Shown here piece after piece: positions 9,342 to 20,029 of a DNA stretch of 64,000 nt. Origin of the DNA: Abditibacteriaceae bacterium (GTDB lineage Bacteria > Armatimonadota > Abditibacteriia > Abditibacteriales > Abditibacteriaceae); NCBI GenBank assembly GCA_965277285.1, contig OZ255721.1, forward strand, positions 3,520,001-3,584,000, in the 5' to 3' direction. The notes below the pieces were generated by a model, which was given only the letters and a program-made list of their open reading frames with translations, had not been told where the DNA came from and did not search any database. A program made the translations under genes and the position numbers. Numbering within the stretch: the stretch's first letter is position 1; each line of letters opens with the position of its first letter.

Positions 9342-12332
9342 TCAGCCGCAGCCGCTTGTCGTGCCGCAGTTCGGGCATTTGTAGCAGGCGCCCGCGCGGA
9401 TCATCAGCGTGCCGCATTCGGTGCAGGGCGGCGCATCGCTTTGGGTTTGGAAGCCGTGACCGTGCTCGTGACTGTCGTGGCTTTTCTCCGGCGCGGCCAT
9501 CAACGACGGTTGCGCGGACGCGGATGTGAGCGTTCCCGTACTCGAAGCGTGCGCTTCGCGGCCCAGATGTCCGTTGCTGCCGTTCGGGTGAAAGCGCAGG
9601 TCGAACCAACGGAAGATGTAGTCCATCAGGCTTTTGGCGATGGGAATCTCTTTGTTGGTGGTGTAGCCGGACGGCTCGAAACGGCTGTGCGAGAACTTGT
9701 TGACCAGAACGCGCAGCGGCACGCCGTATTGCAAACACATCGAAATGGCGACCGCGAACGAATCCATCAAGCCGGAAATCGTGCTGCCTTCCTTGCTCAT
9801 CTTGATGAAGATTTCGCCCGGGCTGCCGTCTTCGTAAAGCCCGACCGTGAAGTAACCTTCTTGACCGGCAATCGAAAATTTGTGCGTGATGCTGTGGCGC
9901 TCGTCCGGCAGTTTGCGACGCAAAGCGCGCGGTGCATCCTTGGCGGCTTCTTTGGCTTCGGCGATTTTGGCGTCGGTCGTCGTCGAAAGCGGCTGCGTCC
10001 TCTTGCTGCCGTCGCGGTAAATGGCGACCGCTTTGAGTCCCAATTTCCAGCTTTCCAGATACGCCTGCATGATGTCGTCAACTGACGCTTCGCTGGGCAC
10101 ATTGACGGTTTTGGAAATGGCGCCTGAAATGAACGGTTGTGCAGCGCTCATCATGCGGATGTGTCCCATGTATTGAATCGAGCGCGTGCCGTTTTGCGCC
10201 TTGAACGCGCAATCGAAGACCGGCAAATGCTCGTCCTTCAAGCCCGGCGCGCCTTCGATGGTATCGTTTTTGTCGATGTAATCGATAATCGCGTCCGATT
10301 GAGTACTCGAATAACCCAGTTTTTGCAGCGCCTCGGGCACCGTCTGGTTGACAATTTTGAGCAAACCGCCGCCGACCAGTTTCTTGTATTTCACCAGCGC
10401 GATGTCCGGCTCGATGCCTGTCGTGTCGCAATCCATCATAAAGGCAATAGTCCCCGTAGGCGCCAAAACTGTGGCTTGCGCGTTGCGGAAACCGTGCTTT
10501 TGCCCTAAGACAAGGGCTTCGTCCCACACGCGTTGCGCCGTGTTGAGCGTATCAACCGGAACCGTGGCGCGCGGGATTTTCGCTACCGCGTCGCGGTGCT
10601 TGCCGATGACGCGCAGCATCGGTTCGCGGTTGGCGGCATAACCTTCAAAAGTACCGATGTTGGCTGCAATCTTGGCGCTTTGACGATACGCCGCGCCCGT
10701 CATAATCGCCGTGATCGCTCCCGCCAATGCGCGACCTTCATCGCTGTCATACGCCGTGCCTTGCGCCATCAACAGCGCGCCTAAGTTCGCATAACCCAAA
10801 CCAAGAGGCCGAAACTTTTCCGAGTTCTTGGCGATTTTTTCCGTCGGATAACTGGCGTTGGAAACGATGATCTCCTGCGCCGTGATGAAAACTTCGCTGG
10901 CGTGCACGAACAACTCCGAATCGAATTCGCCGTTGCTTTGGCGAAACTTCATCAGGTTCATGCTGGCGAGGTTGCAGGCGGTATCATCAAGGTACAAAAA
11001 TTCTGAACACGGGTTCGAGGCGTAGATGCGATCCGTGTTGGCGCTGGTGTGCCAATCGTTGATCGTGGTGTCGTATTGCATTCCCGGGTCGCCGCAAATG
11101 TGCGTCGCTTCGGCGATGGCGTGCAGCATTTCACGCGCGTTTTTCTTCTCGATAATTTCGCCGCTGGTGACAGCTCGAGTACTCCATTCGGCGTTGTTGT
11201 CCGCCGCGCGCATGAACTCGTCTGATGCACGAACGCTGTGGTTGGCGTTCTGGAAATCAACCGAATCATACGCGCCGCCCGGCATGTTGAAGCCGCCATT
11301 ATAACCGGCTTCGATGAGCGCCCACGCCTTCTTTTCTTCGATGGCTTTGGCCACGATAAACTCTTCGATGTCGGGATGATCGGCGTTGAGAATCACCATT
11401 TTGGCCGCGCGACGCGTCGTGCCGCCGCTCTTGATGGCGCCCGCAAAAGCGTCCCAACCGCGCATGAAACTGACCGGGCCGGATGCAATGCCGCCGCCAC
11501 TTAAATGCTCTTTCGAGGAACGAATGCGCGACAGATTGCTTCCCGCGCCGCTGCCGCCTTTGAACAAGCGCGCTTCAGTCGCCGCCAGTTCCATGATGCT
11601 TTCCATGTTGTCATGCACGGAATTGATAAAACACGCCGAGGCTTGCTGATGCGCGCCCTTGACGCCGATGTTGAACCAGACGGGACTGTTGAAACTGCCG
11701 TATTGGTGCAGCAGCAGGTAAACCAATTCGTCGCGGAAGGCGCTGGCATCTTCATCGCTGGCGAAATAGCCGCCTTCGCGTCCCCATCTGCCAAAAGTGT
11801 CGGCGACGCGGCCAATCACCTGGCGCACGCTGGTTTCGCGCTGCGGAGAATTCATTAGACCGCGAAAATATTTGGAAACCACAACGTTGGTGGCGAGTTG
11901 AGACCACGCTTTGGGGATTTCGCAATCTTTCTGCTCGAAAACGACTTTGCCGTCTTCGCCCGTTATGCCGGCTGTGCGCAACTCCCAATCGACGGTTTCC
12001 AATGGATCTTGACCGGCGCGCGTAAAGCGACGCTGAAACTTCAAACCGGCGTCTTTTTTCGACTTTCGAGTACTCGATTTGGGCGTCCACGATTTGGTCG
12101 TGATGCTCGCATCGGTAATATCTGGCGCCTGCGTCGTGGCGGGATGCGGACTTTCTTCCGGCTGGACAACCACTTCGGTGACCGCGTCAATAACTGCGAT
12201 CGCCGTTTCTTTCGGTTCCTGATTTTGATTTTGTTCGCTCATGAGAAGTCCGTTGGTGTGGCCGTTGCTATATCCGTTCGCGTGACCATTAGTCTGTTCG
12301 TCGTGCTGAGAAGCGTCGCTGGCGTCGCTCAT
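9342..12332 (-). CDS. nrdJ: Class II (adenosylcobalamin-dependent) ribonucleotide reductase
   Basis: FNSPVWFN, SACFINSV, SGGTTRRAAKM, ASNPCSE, APTGTI, GAISKTVN and a C-terminal CxxC..CxxCG zinc ribbon. Confidence 0.95.
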   Translation of the reverse strand: MSDASDASQHDEQTNGHANGYSNGHTNGLLMSEQNQNQEPKETAIAVIDAVTEVVVQPEESPHPATTQAPDITDASITTKSWTPKSSTRKSKKDAGLKFQRRFTRAGQDPLETVDWELRTAGITGEDGKVVFEQKDCEIPKAWSQLATNVVVSKYFRGLMNSPQRETSVRQVIGRVADTFGRWGREGGYFASDEDASAFRDELVYLLLHQYGSFNSPVWFNIGVKGAHQQASACFINSVHDNMESIMELAATEARLFKGGSGAGSNLSRIRSSKEHLSGGGIASGPVSFMRGWDAFAGAIKSGGTTRRAAKMVILNADHPDIEEFIVAKAIEEKKAWALIEAGYNGGFNMPGGAYDSVDFQNANHSVRASDEFMRAADNNAEWSTRAVTSGEIIEKKNAREMLHAIAEATHICGDPGMQYDTTINDWHTSANTDRIYASNPCSEFLYLDDTACNLASMNLMKFRQSNGEFDSELFVHASEVFITAQEIIVSNASYPTEKIAKNSEKFRPLGLGYANLGALLMAQGTAYDSDEGRALAGAITAIMTGAAYRQSAKIAANIGTFEGYAANREPMLRVIGKHRDAVAKIPRATVPVDTLNTAQRVWDEALVLGQKHGFRNAQATVLAPTGTIAFMMDCDTTGIEPDIALVKYKKLVGGGLLKIVNQTVPEALQKLGYSSTQSDAIIDYIDKNDTIEGAPGLKDEHLPVFDCAFKAQNGTRSIQYMGHIRMMSAAQPFISGAISKTVNVPSEASVDDIMQAYLESWKLGLKAVAIYRDGSKRTQPLSTTTDAKIAEAKEAAKDAPRALRRKLPDERHSITHKFSIAGQEGYFTVGLYEDGSPGEIFIKMSKEGSTISGLMDSFAVAISMCLQYGVPLRVLVNKFSHSRFEPSGYTTNKEIPIAKSLMDYIFRWFDLRFHPNGSNGHLGREAHASSTGTLTSASAQPSLMAAPEKSHDSHEHGHGFQTQSDAPPCTECGTLMIRAGACYKCPNCGTTSGCG

Positions 12333-12357
12333 GTGAAAACTCCAAAGAAAACGTTTA

Positions 12358-12403
12358 TCTCCATATCTTGTGGATAAGCCAATCGAAAACACAAGATATA
12401 GAT
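12358..12403. promoter_or_regulatory. Tandem NrdR boxes upstream of nrdJ
   Basis: TCTCCATATCTTGTG (12358) and ACACAAGATATAGAT (12389) resemble acaCwAtATaTwGtg and lie 31 bp apart. Confidence 0.75.
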
Positions 12404-12768
12404 ATTCTGAGGATTATTATAAGAGGATAAGGAAATTGCACAAGCGCGGTTTGAGCGTGGGAGAAGAGCGGTGTTCGGTAATATTTTCCGTTTTTAGCGA
12501 GAAAAGCCGAAAAGCGCGACTTTTCCCCAGCCTTTTCCCCAAGCTTGGACAAAGAAGGAACCCTGAGCGTCAGCGACCAGTGAAAAGTGACGGATAAATG
12601 AAACGCTCACTTTCCCGGGTCGCTGAAGCTTGGGAGTGCTTTGCGTCAACTCACTCGATTGAGCCATCACCCTTCATTTTTCTTTCGCGCTTTTTCGTGT
12701 TTTTCGCGGGCTGTTTCTTTTCTGCGCGTTTGGTGTTGCCGTGACATAATTAAATGCGACCATTTCTT

Positions 12769-13320
12769 ATGACTTTTCTTTCTCGTTTGCGGCGCGATGA
12801 CGCCGTTTTGCTGATTGTCGATGTGCAGCAAAAACTCGTGCCCGCCATGTTTGAGGCCGAACGCGTTGTGCGCGGCGTCGGTTTGCTGGCGCGCACTGCG
12901 AAATTACTCAACATTCCCGTTGTCGTGACCGAACAAAATCCAACTCGCCTGGGCGCGACCGTTGAACCCGTCGTTCGAGTACTCGATTCGTATGCGCCGG
13001 TTTCCAAAATGCGTTTTTCCGCGTGCGTCGAAGAAACGATGACGGAATTGCGCGCGACCAATCGCAAGAGCGTGATATTGTGTGGTCTGGAAACGCACGT
13101 TTGTGTGTTGCAGACGGCGCTCGATTTAGCAGAAAATGGCTTCGCGGTTCTTCTGCCACAGGACGCGGTTTCGTCGCGTTATGAAAGTGACAAGCGCGTT
13201 GGAGTGGAAAGGATGAAAAGCGCGGGCGCGATTGCGGCTTCGGTTGAAATGCTGATTTACGAACTGCTCGGCGAAGCGGGCACGGACGAATTCCGCGCCC
13301 TTTTGCCATATATCAAATAG
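12769..13320 (+). CDS. Isochorismatase-family hydrolase
   Basis: LLIVDVQ, VTEQNP, KMRFSA and GLETHVCVLQTA motifs. Confidence 0.9.
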   Translation: MTFLSRLRRDDAVLLIVDVQQKLVPAMFEAERVVRGVGLLARTAKLLNIPVVVTEQNPTRLGATVEPVVRVLDSYAPVSKMRFSACVEETMTELRATNRKSVILCGLETHVCVLQTALDLAENGFAVLLPQDAVSSRYESDKRVGVERMKSAGAIAASVEMLIYELLGEAGTDEFRALLPYIK

Positions 13321-13333
13321 CGGGAGAACCCTC

Positions 13334-13795
13334 ATGAGCCAGACAGAAAAGCACACAGCGACCGAAGTTTACACGTCTCAAATGGAGTGGGCGGGACGCA
13401 ACATCGCCATCAACTTGGATTTTGTTCCCGACGACAAATTGAACTGGAAACCGGCGCCGCACGCCAATTCCGCGCTGGAAATCATCAATCATCTGGTGCC
13501 CAACATTCTGCGCTTGTCGGACATCATCAGCGGCGGCGACGGTCAGTTTCACGTCGAGCCGATTACGACGCGCGAGGCCGCGCAAACCGCGATTCGCCAC
13601 GCTGCGGCGGAATACGCGATTCAAGTTTCCAAACTGTCGAATGACGATTTGGATCGCCAAGTTCATTTGCCTTTCGGCGAGGTTCCCTGTTCCCATGCCT
13701 GCGCGATTGGTGTCACCGAAGCAGTCAATCATCACGGGCAACTGACTTACATTCAAACGCTTTTGGGCGATGTCGAAAGCCATCTTGAATTTTGA
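13334..13795 (+). CDS. DinB-family protein
   Basis: WKPAP..SALEIINH and NHHGQL helical His motifs; RBS GGGAGA. Confidence 0.8.
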   Translation: MSQTEKHTATEVYTSQMEWAGRNIAINLDFVPDDKLNWKPAPHANSALEIINHLVPNILRLSDIISGGDGQFHVEPITTREAAQTAIRHAAAEYAIQVSKLSNDDLDRQVHLPFGEVPCSHACAIGVTEAVNHHGQLTYIQTLLGDVESHLEF

Positions 13796-13811
13796 GAAAC
13801 GTCAGGAAAAT

Positions 13812-13967
13812 AGGACACGGATTTCATATCTGCCCAGAGGGCGCCCGATCGAGCGGATGAACACGGATTTTTAAGAATCAGGAATCGAGTACTCAATACT
13901 CTCTCTTTTGATCCGTGAAAATTCGTTCAATCGGGCGCCCTCTGGGCAGATATGAAATCCGTGTCCT
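13812..13967. repeat. Long inverted repeat (about 55-bp arms) with a palindrome variant in the loop
   Basis: AGGACACGGATTTCATATCTGCCCAGAGGGCGCCCGAT ... ATCGGGCGCCCTCTGGGCAGATATGAAATCCGTGTCCT. Confidence 0.85.
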
Positions 13968-14009
13968 GTTTTTGATTGCCTTCCTACCATTTGCGTTCGA
14001 GTACTCGAT

Positions 14010-15644
14010 ATGACCTATTTGCTTCCTTTTGATGTGACATCTTTGCCTTACGAAACCTTTGATTTCGTGATTGTTGGTTCGGGCGTGGCCGGACTTTCCT
14101 GTGCCGTCGAATTGGAAGCGCACGGCAGCGTCGCGGTTTTGACCAAGGAAGGTCTCAGCGACGGTTCGACACAATGGGCGCAAGGCGGAATTGCCGCAGT
14201 TCTTTCGCCCGAACCGCTCGATTCCAGCGAATTGCACCAGGAAGACACAGTGAAAGCGGGCGCCGGTTTGTGCGACGCGCGCGCTGTTGATGTCCTTGTC
14301 CGCGAAGGCCCGCATCGCATTCGCCAACTGATCGCGCGCGGCGCGCACTTCGACACCGAACCGACCGGCGAACTGAAATTGACGCGCGAAGCGGCTCATC
14401 GCGCACGCCGCATCGTTCACGCGAACGGCGATTCGACAGGCCGCGAAGTGCAACGCAGCCTGACTTCCAACGCGCTCGAAAGCGGCGATATTCGCATTTT
14501 TGAAAACACGTTGTCGGTCGATTTCTTCGTCAATGGCGGACGTTGCTGCGGCGTTTTGGCGTTGGATGCGCAGGGAAATTTGAAACTGTTTCGCGCCAAA
14601 GCGACGATTGCGGCGACCGGCGGCTTGGGCGCGATTTACAAAGTGACGACCAATCCGCCGGTTTTGACAGGCGATGGTATGGCGATGGCGTTTCGCGCTG
14701 GAGCGACTTTGATGGACATGGAATTCGTGCAATTTCATCCGACCGCTTTCGCCAAAGGGCCGAATAATCCCAAGTTCCTCATCAGCGAAGCGGTGCGCGG
14801 CGAGGGCGCGATTTTGCTCAACAACAAGGGCGAGCGTTTCATGCAGCGTTATCATCCCGATGCGGAACTGGCGCCGCGCGACGTGGTTTCACGCGCCATC
14901 GCGCAGGAGATTTTGACGACAGGAACGCAATATGTCACGCTCGATTTGACGCAAAACACGGCACAGGAAATAGCCGCGCGCTTCCCCAAGATTTATTCGA
15001 CGTGCGTTTCTTACGGCATCGATCCGGCGACGCAACCGATTCCGGTTTCCCCGGCGGAACATTACATGATGGGCGGCATTCACACCGATTTGAATGGCGC
15101 GACCGATTTGCCCGGACTTTTGGCGTGTGGCGAATGCGCTTGCACCGGCGTTCACGGCGCCAATCGTTTGGCTTCCAATTCGATGCTGGAAGGTTTGGTT
15201 TTTGGCATTCGCACGGTGCGCGCCGCCATTGCTTTGAAAGACGCGATTTGTCCGCCGGAAGAAAACTCCAACATCGCTCACAACGGTGCGCCAATCGAGT
15301 ACTCGAATGAGGAAATCGAAGCTGCACGAACGCGCGTTCAGGAAATTATGTGGCAATATGCTGGTTTGGTACGTGATGGCGAAGGTTTGCAAAAGGCTTT
15401 GAATGAACTGAATGCGTTGGCCGAAAAGTTCTTGCAACCCGCGCCAAAACGTGAAGCGATTGAACTGGCGAACATGATTCAAACCGCGCAACTGGTGACG
15501 CGCGCTGCAATGGAACGCACGGAAAGTCGCGGCGCCCATTTTCGCACCGATTTCCCTGATCTGAAAGACGAACAATGGCAGCACCACATTTTGCTGCATC
15601 AGGAAAATGGCACGTTGAAAATCGGCGAAGCGGCGACGAATTGA
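14010..15644 (+). CDS. nadB: L-aspartate oxidase
   Basis: GSGVAG, WAQGGIAA, REAAH..RIVH, EFVQFHPT, LISEAVRGEG, GVHGANRLASNS, ESRGAHFR. Confidence 0.95.
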   Translation: MTYLLPFDVTSLPYETFDFVIVGSGVAGLSCAVELEAHGSVAVLTKEGLSDGSTQWAQGGIAAVLSPEPLDSSELHQEDTVKAGAGLCDARAVDVLVREGPHRIRQLIARGAHFDTEPTGELKLTREAAHRARRIVHANGDSTGREVQRSLTSNALESGDIRIFENTLSVDFFVNGGRCCGVLALDAQGNLKLFRAKATIAATGGLGAIYKVTTNPPVLTGDGMAMAFRAGATLMDMEFVQFHPTAFAKGPNNPKFLISEAVRGEGAILLNNKGERFMQRYHPDAELAPRDVVSRAIAQEILTTGTQYVTLDLTQNTAQEIAARFPKIYSTCVSYGIDPATQPIPVSPAEHYMMGGIHTDLNGATDLPGLLACGECACTGVHGANRLASNSMLEGLVFGIRTVRAAIALKDAICPPEENSNIAHNGAPIEYSNEEIEAARTRVQEIMWQYAGLVRDGEGLQKALNELNALAEKFLQPAPKREAIELANMIQTAQLVTRAAMERTESRGAHFRTDFPDLKDEQWQHHILLHQENGTLKIGEAATN

Positions 15645-15895
15645 GCGGTCAGACACGCGCATAGGCGATCATTCTGAAAGTGTCGAGAAGTGCGGGAAAA
15701 GGCAACAAGTAAAAGCCTGTCATTCTGAGCGCAGCGAAAAATCTGACTTTTACTTGTTGGACTTATGAAATAGCTCGCATCGTTCTTGGCTGTGGCCAGT
15801 TACCGCTATGTTCTTAATAAAATTTCTGGTAGCTGTGTTTGTGCATTTTTTCAGTTCATAGGAACAGTGTGTTGTCCATCATTATTGTTGGCATT

Positions 15896-15947
15896 AAAGA
15901 CAAGAAGAGCGCGAACTTCACTTAAAGTTCGCGCTCTTCTTGTCTTT
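15896..15947. terminator. Bidirectional intrinsic terminator between nadB and lpxD
   Basis: AAAGACAAGAAGAGCGCGAACTT-loop-AAGTTCGCGCTCTTCTTGTCTTT. Confidence 0.8.
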
Positions 15948-15963
15948 ATCGAGTACTCGATAG

Positions 15964-17151
15964 TTACTCCGACAACTTCTGCAAAGCTACCATTTGCTCT
16001 TGAAGTTCTTTTATCTGGCGCTCCAACTGGCGGAAGGCGCGCAGGGTTTCCGGCATTTTGCGGGCGGCGGCTTCGCGCTTGAGGAAATCGCGTTGCGAAA
16101 TGGCGGGGCTACCCAGCACGACATCGCCGCTGGCGACATCGCCCATGATACCGGTTTTGGCGCCTAAAATCGCGCCTTTGCCGATTTTGACGTGATCCGC
16201 CAAGCCCGCTTGTCCGGCCATAATCACGCCGTCTTCGACTTCGACGCTGCCGCTGATGCCGACCTGACCGCACAAAATGCAGTTTTTGCCGATTTGAACG
16301 TTGTGCGCGATCTGTACGAGGTTGTCGATTTTGGTGCCTTCGCCGATGCGCGTGGCGCCAATTGTCGCGCGGTCGATGCACACATTGGCGCCAATTTCCA
16401 CATCGTCTTCGATGACAACAGTTCCCAGTTGCGGCACTTTGCGATGGCGTCCGTCATCCAGCACATAACCGAAACCTTCGCTGCCAATGACGCTGCCAGG
16501 ATGAACCAGTACTCGTTTGCCAAGGTTGACGTGATGCCCGATCACGACGTTCGCGTGAAACACGCAATCGTCGCCGATTTGCGCGCCGTCGCTGACAACC
16601 ACGTTCGGATAAAGAATCACGTTGTCGCCGATGTGAGCGCGTTGCCCGACCACGCAGCCGATGCCAATCGTGACGTTTTCGCCGATATGAGCGTCTTCAG
16701 CAACTACAGCTGACGGATGCACGCCCGCCACGCGCTCCGGCTTGAGCTGAAAATACTCCATCACTTTGGCGAAAGCCAGGCGCGGATTGCTGATTAACAG
16801 CGTGGGTTTGTTGTTTTTTTCTACGAGATGCAGATCGTCGGCGGCGGCGGATGACGCGATGATCGCGGCGGCAGGAGAATTGAAAGCGCTTTGCAGCAAA
16901 GCTTCGTTCTCGACAAATAAAATCGAGCCGGGCAAGGCGCTTTCAATGCCTGCCACGCTGGTGATTAAGGTTTGCGCGTCGCCGACGAGTTCTGCGCCCA
17001 GCAATAAAGCAATATCGCCCGCCGTCATGCGATGCGATTGAACATTGGCTATAGACACAGGTTTTTTAATCGCGTGGCCGTTGCGCGCGCCATTACGAGG
17101 AGCGCCGTTGCGTGGCTGATTGTTCGGCGAGGGAGCGTGTGGAGATGACAT
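15964..17151 (-). CDS. lpxD: UDP-3-O-acylglucosamine N-acyltransferase
   Basis: Hexapeptide repeats, GSEGFGY, KVPQLG, IDRAT, TKIDNLVQIAHNV. Start uncertain. Confidence 0.93.
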   Translation of the reverse strand: MSSPHAPSPNNQPRNGAPRNGARNGHAIKKPVSIANVQSHRMTAGDIALLLGAELVGDAQTLITSVAGIESALPGSILFVENEALLQSAFNSPAAAIIASSAAADDLHLVEKNNKPTLLISNPRLAFAKVMEYFQLKPERVAGVHPSAVVAEDAHIGENVTIGIGCVVGQRAHIGDNVILYPNVVVSDGAQIGDDCVFHANVVIGHHVNLGKRVLVHPGSVIGSEGFGYVLDDGRHRKVPQLGTVVIEDDVEIGANVCIDRATIGATRIGEGTKIDNLVQIAHNVQIGKNCILCGQVGISGSVEVEDGVIMAGQAGLADHVKIGKGAILGAKTGIMGDVASGDVVLGSPAISQRDFLKREAAARKMPETLRAFRQLERQIKELQEQMVALQKLSE

Positions 17152-17590
17152 CGGTAGTAAAAACCCTCCTGAGAGTAGCCGAAACATGACCGGCGGCCTC
17201 CGGCATAGCGTGAAAACAACGGACGACACGGACAATTTCAGCGACTTGATACCACGGTGCAATAAGGTTGTTGGGATCGTCCTGGCAACGCCAGAAAAGG
17301 CTTGTATTGGAATTCGGTGTGGGCATTTTGCTTGAAGCCGCGTTAAGTTAGTGAGCGCGAAAATTTTTCTTCAAAATGTGGGCTTCAATCAAACTTTGCG
17401 ATAGACGCGAACTTTGGCCTCGCGTTCATCCCAATTCGTGACACATATTATCATGGTTGACGGCCACCGCACATTGACTATCTCGCGCTCTATTATGGCA
17501 TATCCATCAAACGTGATGAACATAATAGCAACGCGCAGTACCGAATTCCTGTGCCATTCGAGTACTCGATATTCTGAAATAACCGGAGAA

Positions 17591-19009
17591 TCAGCTTACT
17601 CCCAGCATTTGCAAAGCGCTCGGCGTTTCATCGCGGACGCCGACAACGGGACGTTCCACCAAAACCCAGCCGCGACTGCGCGCCAGATTTTGCGCCCACG
17701 CGTGCGCGCCTTGCAACGCTTGAAGCCGCAACTGTGTCGCGCGTGCGCCGTTTGTTCCCGCTGATGTCACCAACAAACGGTTAAAAGACGGCATTGGTGC
17801 AGTAATCTCTGGTTGCGGCAAGCGTGCGGGAAAAGCAACTGTTTCGCGTGAGGTCGAAGTGGTCGGCGCGATTGTCGTCCCACGCACTTCATAAGTGGAA
17901 AATGGCGGCAGCACGACCACAAGCGAGCGACTGCCGTTGAAATCGTTGGCCAGAAAGCGCGTTTGTTCATCGCGCAGTTCGACCAGGCGCGCGCGGCTGA
18001 TACGTTGCTCGCGTTCGGTTTGCACCGCAATTTGCGCTTCGCCTTCGCGCCGCACGCGCAACGGTTCTTCTTCGCGCTGCCGCGTCCATTCGTCCAAAAT
18101 CTGCTGTTCCTGAGCGCGCAGTTTTTCGCGCCACACTTCCTGCAATTGAAAAAGCCGCGCCTGCGCCGCTTCGCGGTCAATGGCCGAAGTGTTCGAGTTC
18201 GGCAGCAACTTCAATCGCAAATTGGTGATCTCGAGTTGCACTTCGGGCGGCAAACCGATTGGCTCCAGCGGCGGCAAAACAACTTCGCGCGCCGCTGCAA
18301 CATCGTCCTCCAAAGTCGCGCGCGCTTCGCTTTCCTGCGCACGCTGCGCCGCCGCACGACGAACGCTGGCGTCGCGCAAAAAGTTATTCAAATCCGCATC
18401 GCTGCGCCGTCGTGCCACTTCTTGCAGCGAAGTTTCATTCGATGATTGCCGCATCGCGCCATTTTCAATGCTGCGCAACGCAGGAACGGAACCTTGCGCT
18501 GTATCGAGTACTCGAAGCGCAGAAAACGGCAGCGATGGCGCCACAATTTCTGCCAGAGAACGCGTAGAAGAACGCGGCATGACAAGTGAAACCGTTTTCG
18601 TCTGAGAATTATCCAATCGCGCGGCCAATTGCCAAGCTGGAAAACGCTGCGCCAACGCCGTCACATCAATGAAAACTTTAGGCTGAACGACCGCCGTTGC
18701 AGTCGGTGACGCGCTCGGTTTTTGCGTCAACGCGCTGATCCAGGACGAAAGCAGCGAAGGTTGTTTGGACGACGTTTGTTGAGACGACTTCTGCGCGGCT
18801 GCGGGCGTTGTTTGAGTACTCGAAGATTGCGTGCTGGAAGTGCGCAATAACGAACAACCGGCGAGAGGTAGCAGCGAAAAAAATGTTCCGGCCAAGAGCA
18901 GCGGCGCGGCACGTTTCCTAAACGGCGCCGCATCGCTGTGAGGAGCGACGCGACGCCGTTTAGGAAACGAAAAAACGCGTGGGCCGAGCATTGCCGAAAA
19001 ACGTGACAA
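17591..19009 (-). CDS. Lipoprotein with a long coiled coil, Skp/OmpH-like ends
   Basis: LAGC lipobox; VFIDVTALAQRFP and a C-terminal RGWVLV..RDET resemble OmpH ends; lies between an OmpH-like gene and lpxD. Confidence 0.55.
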   Translation of the reverse strand: MSRFSAMLGPRVFSFPKRRRVAPHSDAAPFRKRAAPLLLAGTFFSLLPLAGCSLLRTSSTQSSSTQTTPAAAQKSSQQTSSKQPSLLSSWISALTQKPSASPTATAVVQPKVFIDVTALAQRFPAWQLAARLDNSQTKTVSLVMPRSSTRSLAEIVAPSLPFSALRVLDTAQGSVPALRSIENGAMRQSSNETSLQEVARRRSDADLNNFLRDASVRRAAAQRAQESEARATLEDDVAAAREVVLPPLEPIGLPPEVQLEITNLRLKLLPNSNTSAIDREAAQARLFQLQEVWREKLRAQEQQILDEWTRQREEEPLRVRREGEAQIAVQTEREQRISRARLVELRDEQTRFLANDFNGSRSLVVVLPPFSTYEVRGTTIAPTTSTSRETVAFPARLPQPEITAPMPSFNRLLVTSAGTNGARATQLRLQALQGAHAWAQNLARSRGWVLVERPVVGVRDETPSALQMLGVS

Positions 19010-19017
19010 ACCTGCAA

Positions 19018-19689
19018 TTACGAGTTCAATTGCTTCAACACATCGTCAGTGATGTCGATGGTGGGAACGTTCCAGATCACGCCGCGCGAACGCATCACAA
19101 GAGTGAACTTGCGGTCGTTAGCGACTTTGATAATGACCGCTTTGGCCTGGTCGGTAAAATTTTTGTCGGTGCTGTCTTGTTGCTGTTTCAGGTTGGCATA
19201 CAACTTGTCGCTGAGCGCGCTTACTGCGTCTTGATTGCCTGCGGCCAGATCGCGCAAGGTTTTGATACGTGCGTTGTCGGCGTCGGTTTTGGTGACTTTG
19301 CCGTTCAGCGAAATATATTCGGCGTTACGGTCGTTGGAATTTTTGACGTAAGTGGCAATTTTGCTTTGATCGTCATCGGTCAAGGTCGGCTTGAGCACAA
19401 TGCTTTCAAAATCCTTGGCTTCGTCCGGGTTCAACAGGGAACGCGCCGCCAATTGATCGCTGATGCCTTGCGAGCGACCTTCGAGCGCTTTGATCGCGGT
19501 CTGATACTTGGTGAAACCATCAGCCAATTTGTCTTCATCGACAACAGCGATGGAAATCGTTTGTGCGGACTGGGCTTTGGCTGGCTGCGTCGTCGCCGTT
19601 TGCAAACCGATGGCACAAATTGTCGCCAAAAACACACCGCGCGAAACGGTTCCGAACCAGGGAGTACGTTTATTCAAACTCAACTTCAT
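19018..19689 (-). CDS. OmpH/Skp family outer-membrane chaperone
   Basis: Signal peptide, IAVVDEDKL, coiled coil, VA..KFTLV...DITDDVLKQLN. Confidence 0.8.
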   Translation of the reverse strand: MKLSLNKRTPWFGTVSRGVFLATICAIGLQTATTQPAKAQSAQTISIAVVDEDKLADGFTKYQTAIKALEGRSQGISDQLAARSLLNPDEAKDFESIVLKPTLTDDDQSKIATYVKNSNDRNAEYISLNGKVTKTDADNARIKTLRDLAAGNQDAVSALSDKLYANLKQQQDSTDKNFTDQAKAVIIKVANDRKFTLVMRSRGVIWNVPTIDITDDVLKQLNS

Positions 19690-20029
19690 CAGTCTTTTCC
19701 TCCGAAAATAAGCGAACGTTTCCCCGCCTGATAACAATCTGAAGCGAAGGAAAGCGCCGCTTGGACGACATCTCGGCGTTTTTGTTTTCGCTCTGCGGCG
19801 CTTTTTCCCGATTCGAGTACTCGATTGAAGTCTCAATGGTTTTGAACGCTGCCGAGCCGACGCCGCATTCTATTGTACCAATTTGACGCGGCGCCGTGAG
19901 TTGTCCACGAGAATTCTTTACAAAGCACAAGTTCAGAGTGGCGATGTTGTCAGGATGAAATCAGGTATGACAAAACCTGGCAAAAGCGGTTAAATATACT
20001 CAATCGTTTTATCTCAAGGAATTGATGTT

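Noticed and set aside
17152..17590. Possible riboswitch or ncRNA in the long lpxD leader
   Set aside because: I could not recognise a known motif or convincing structure; it needs an Rfam scan.
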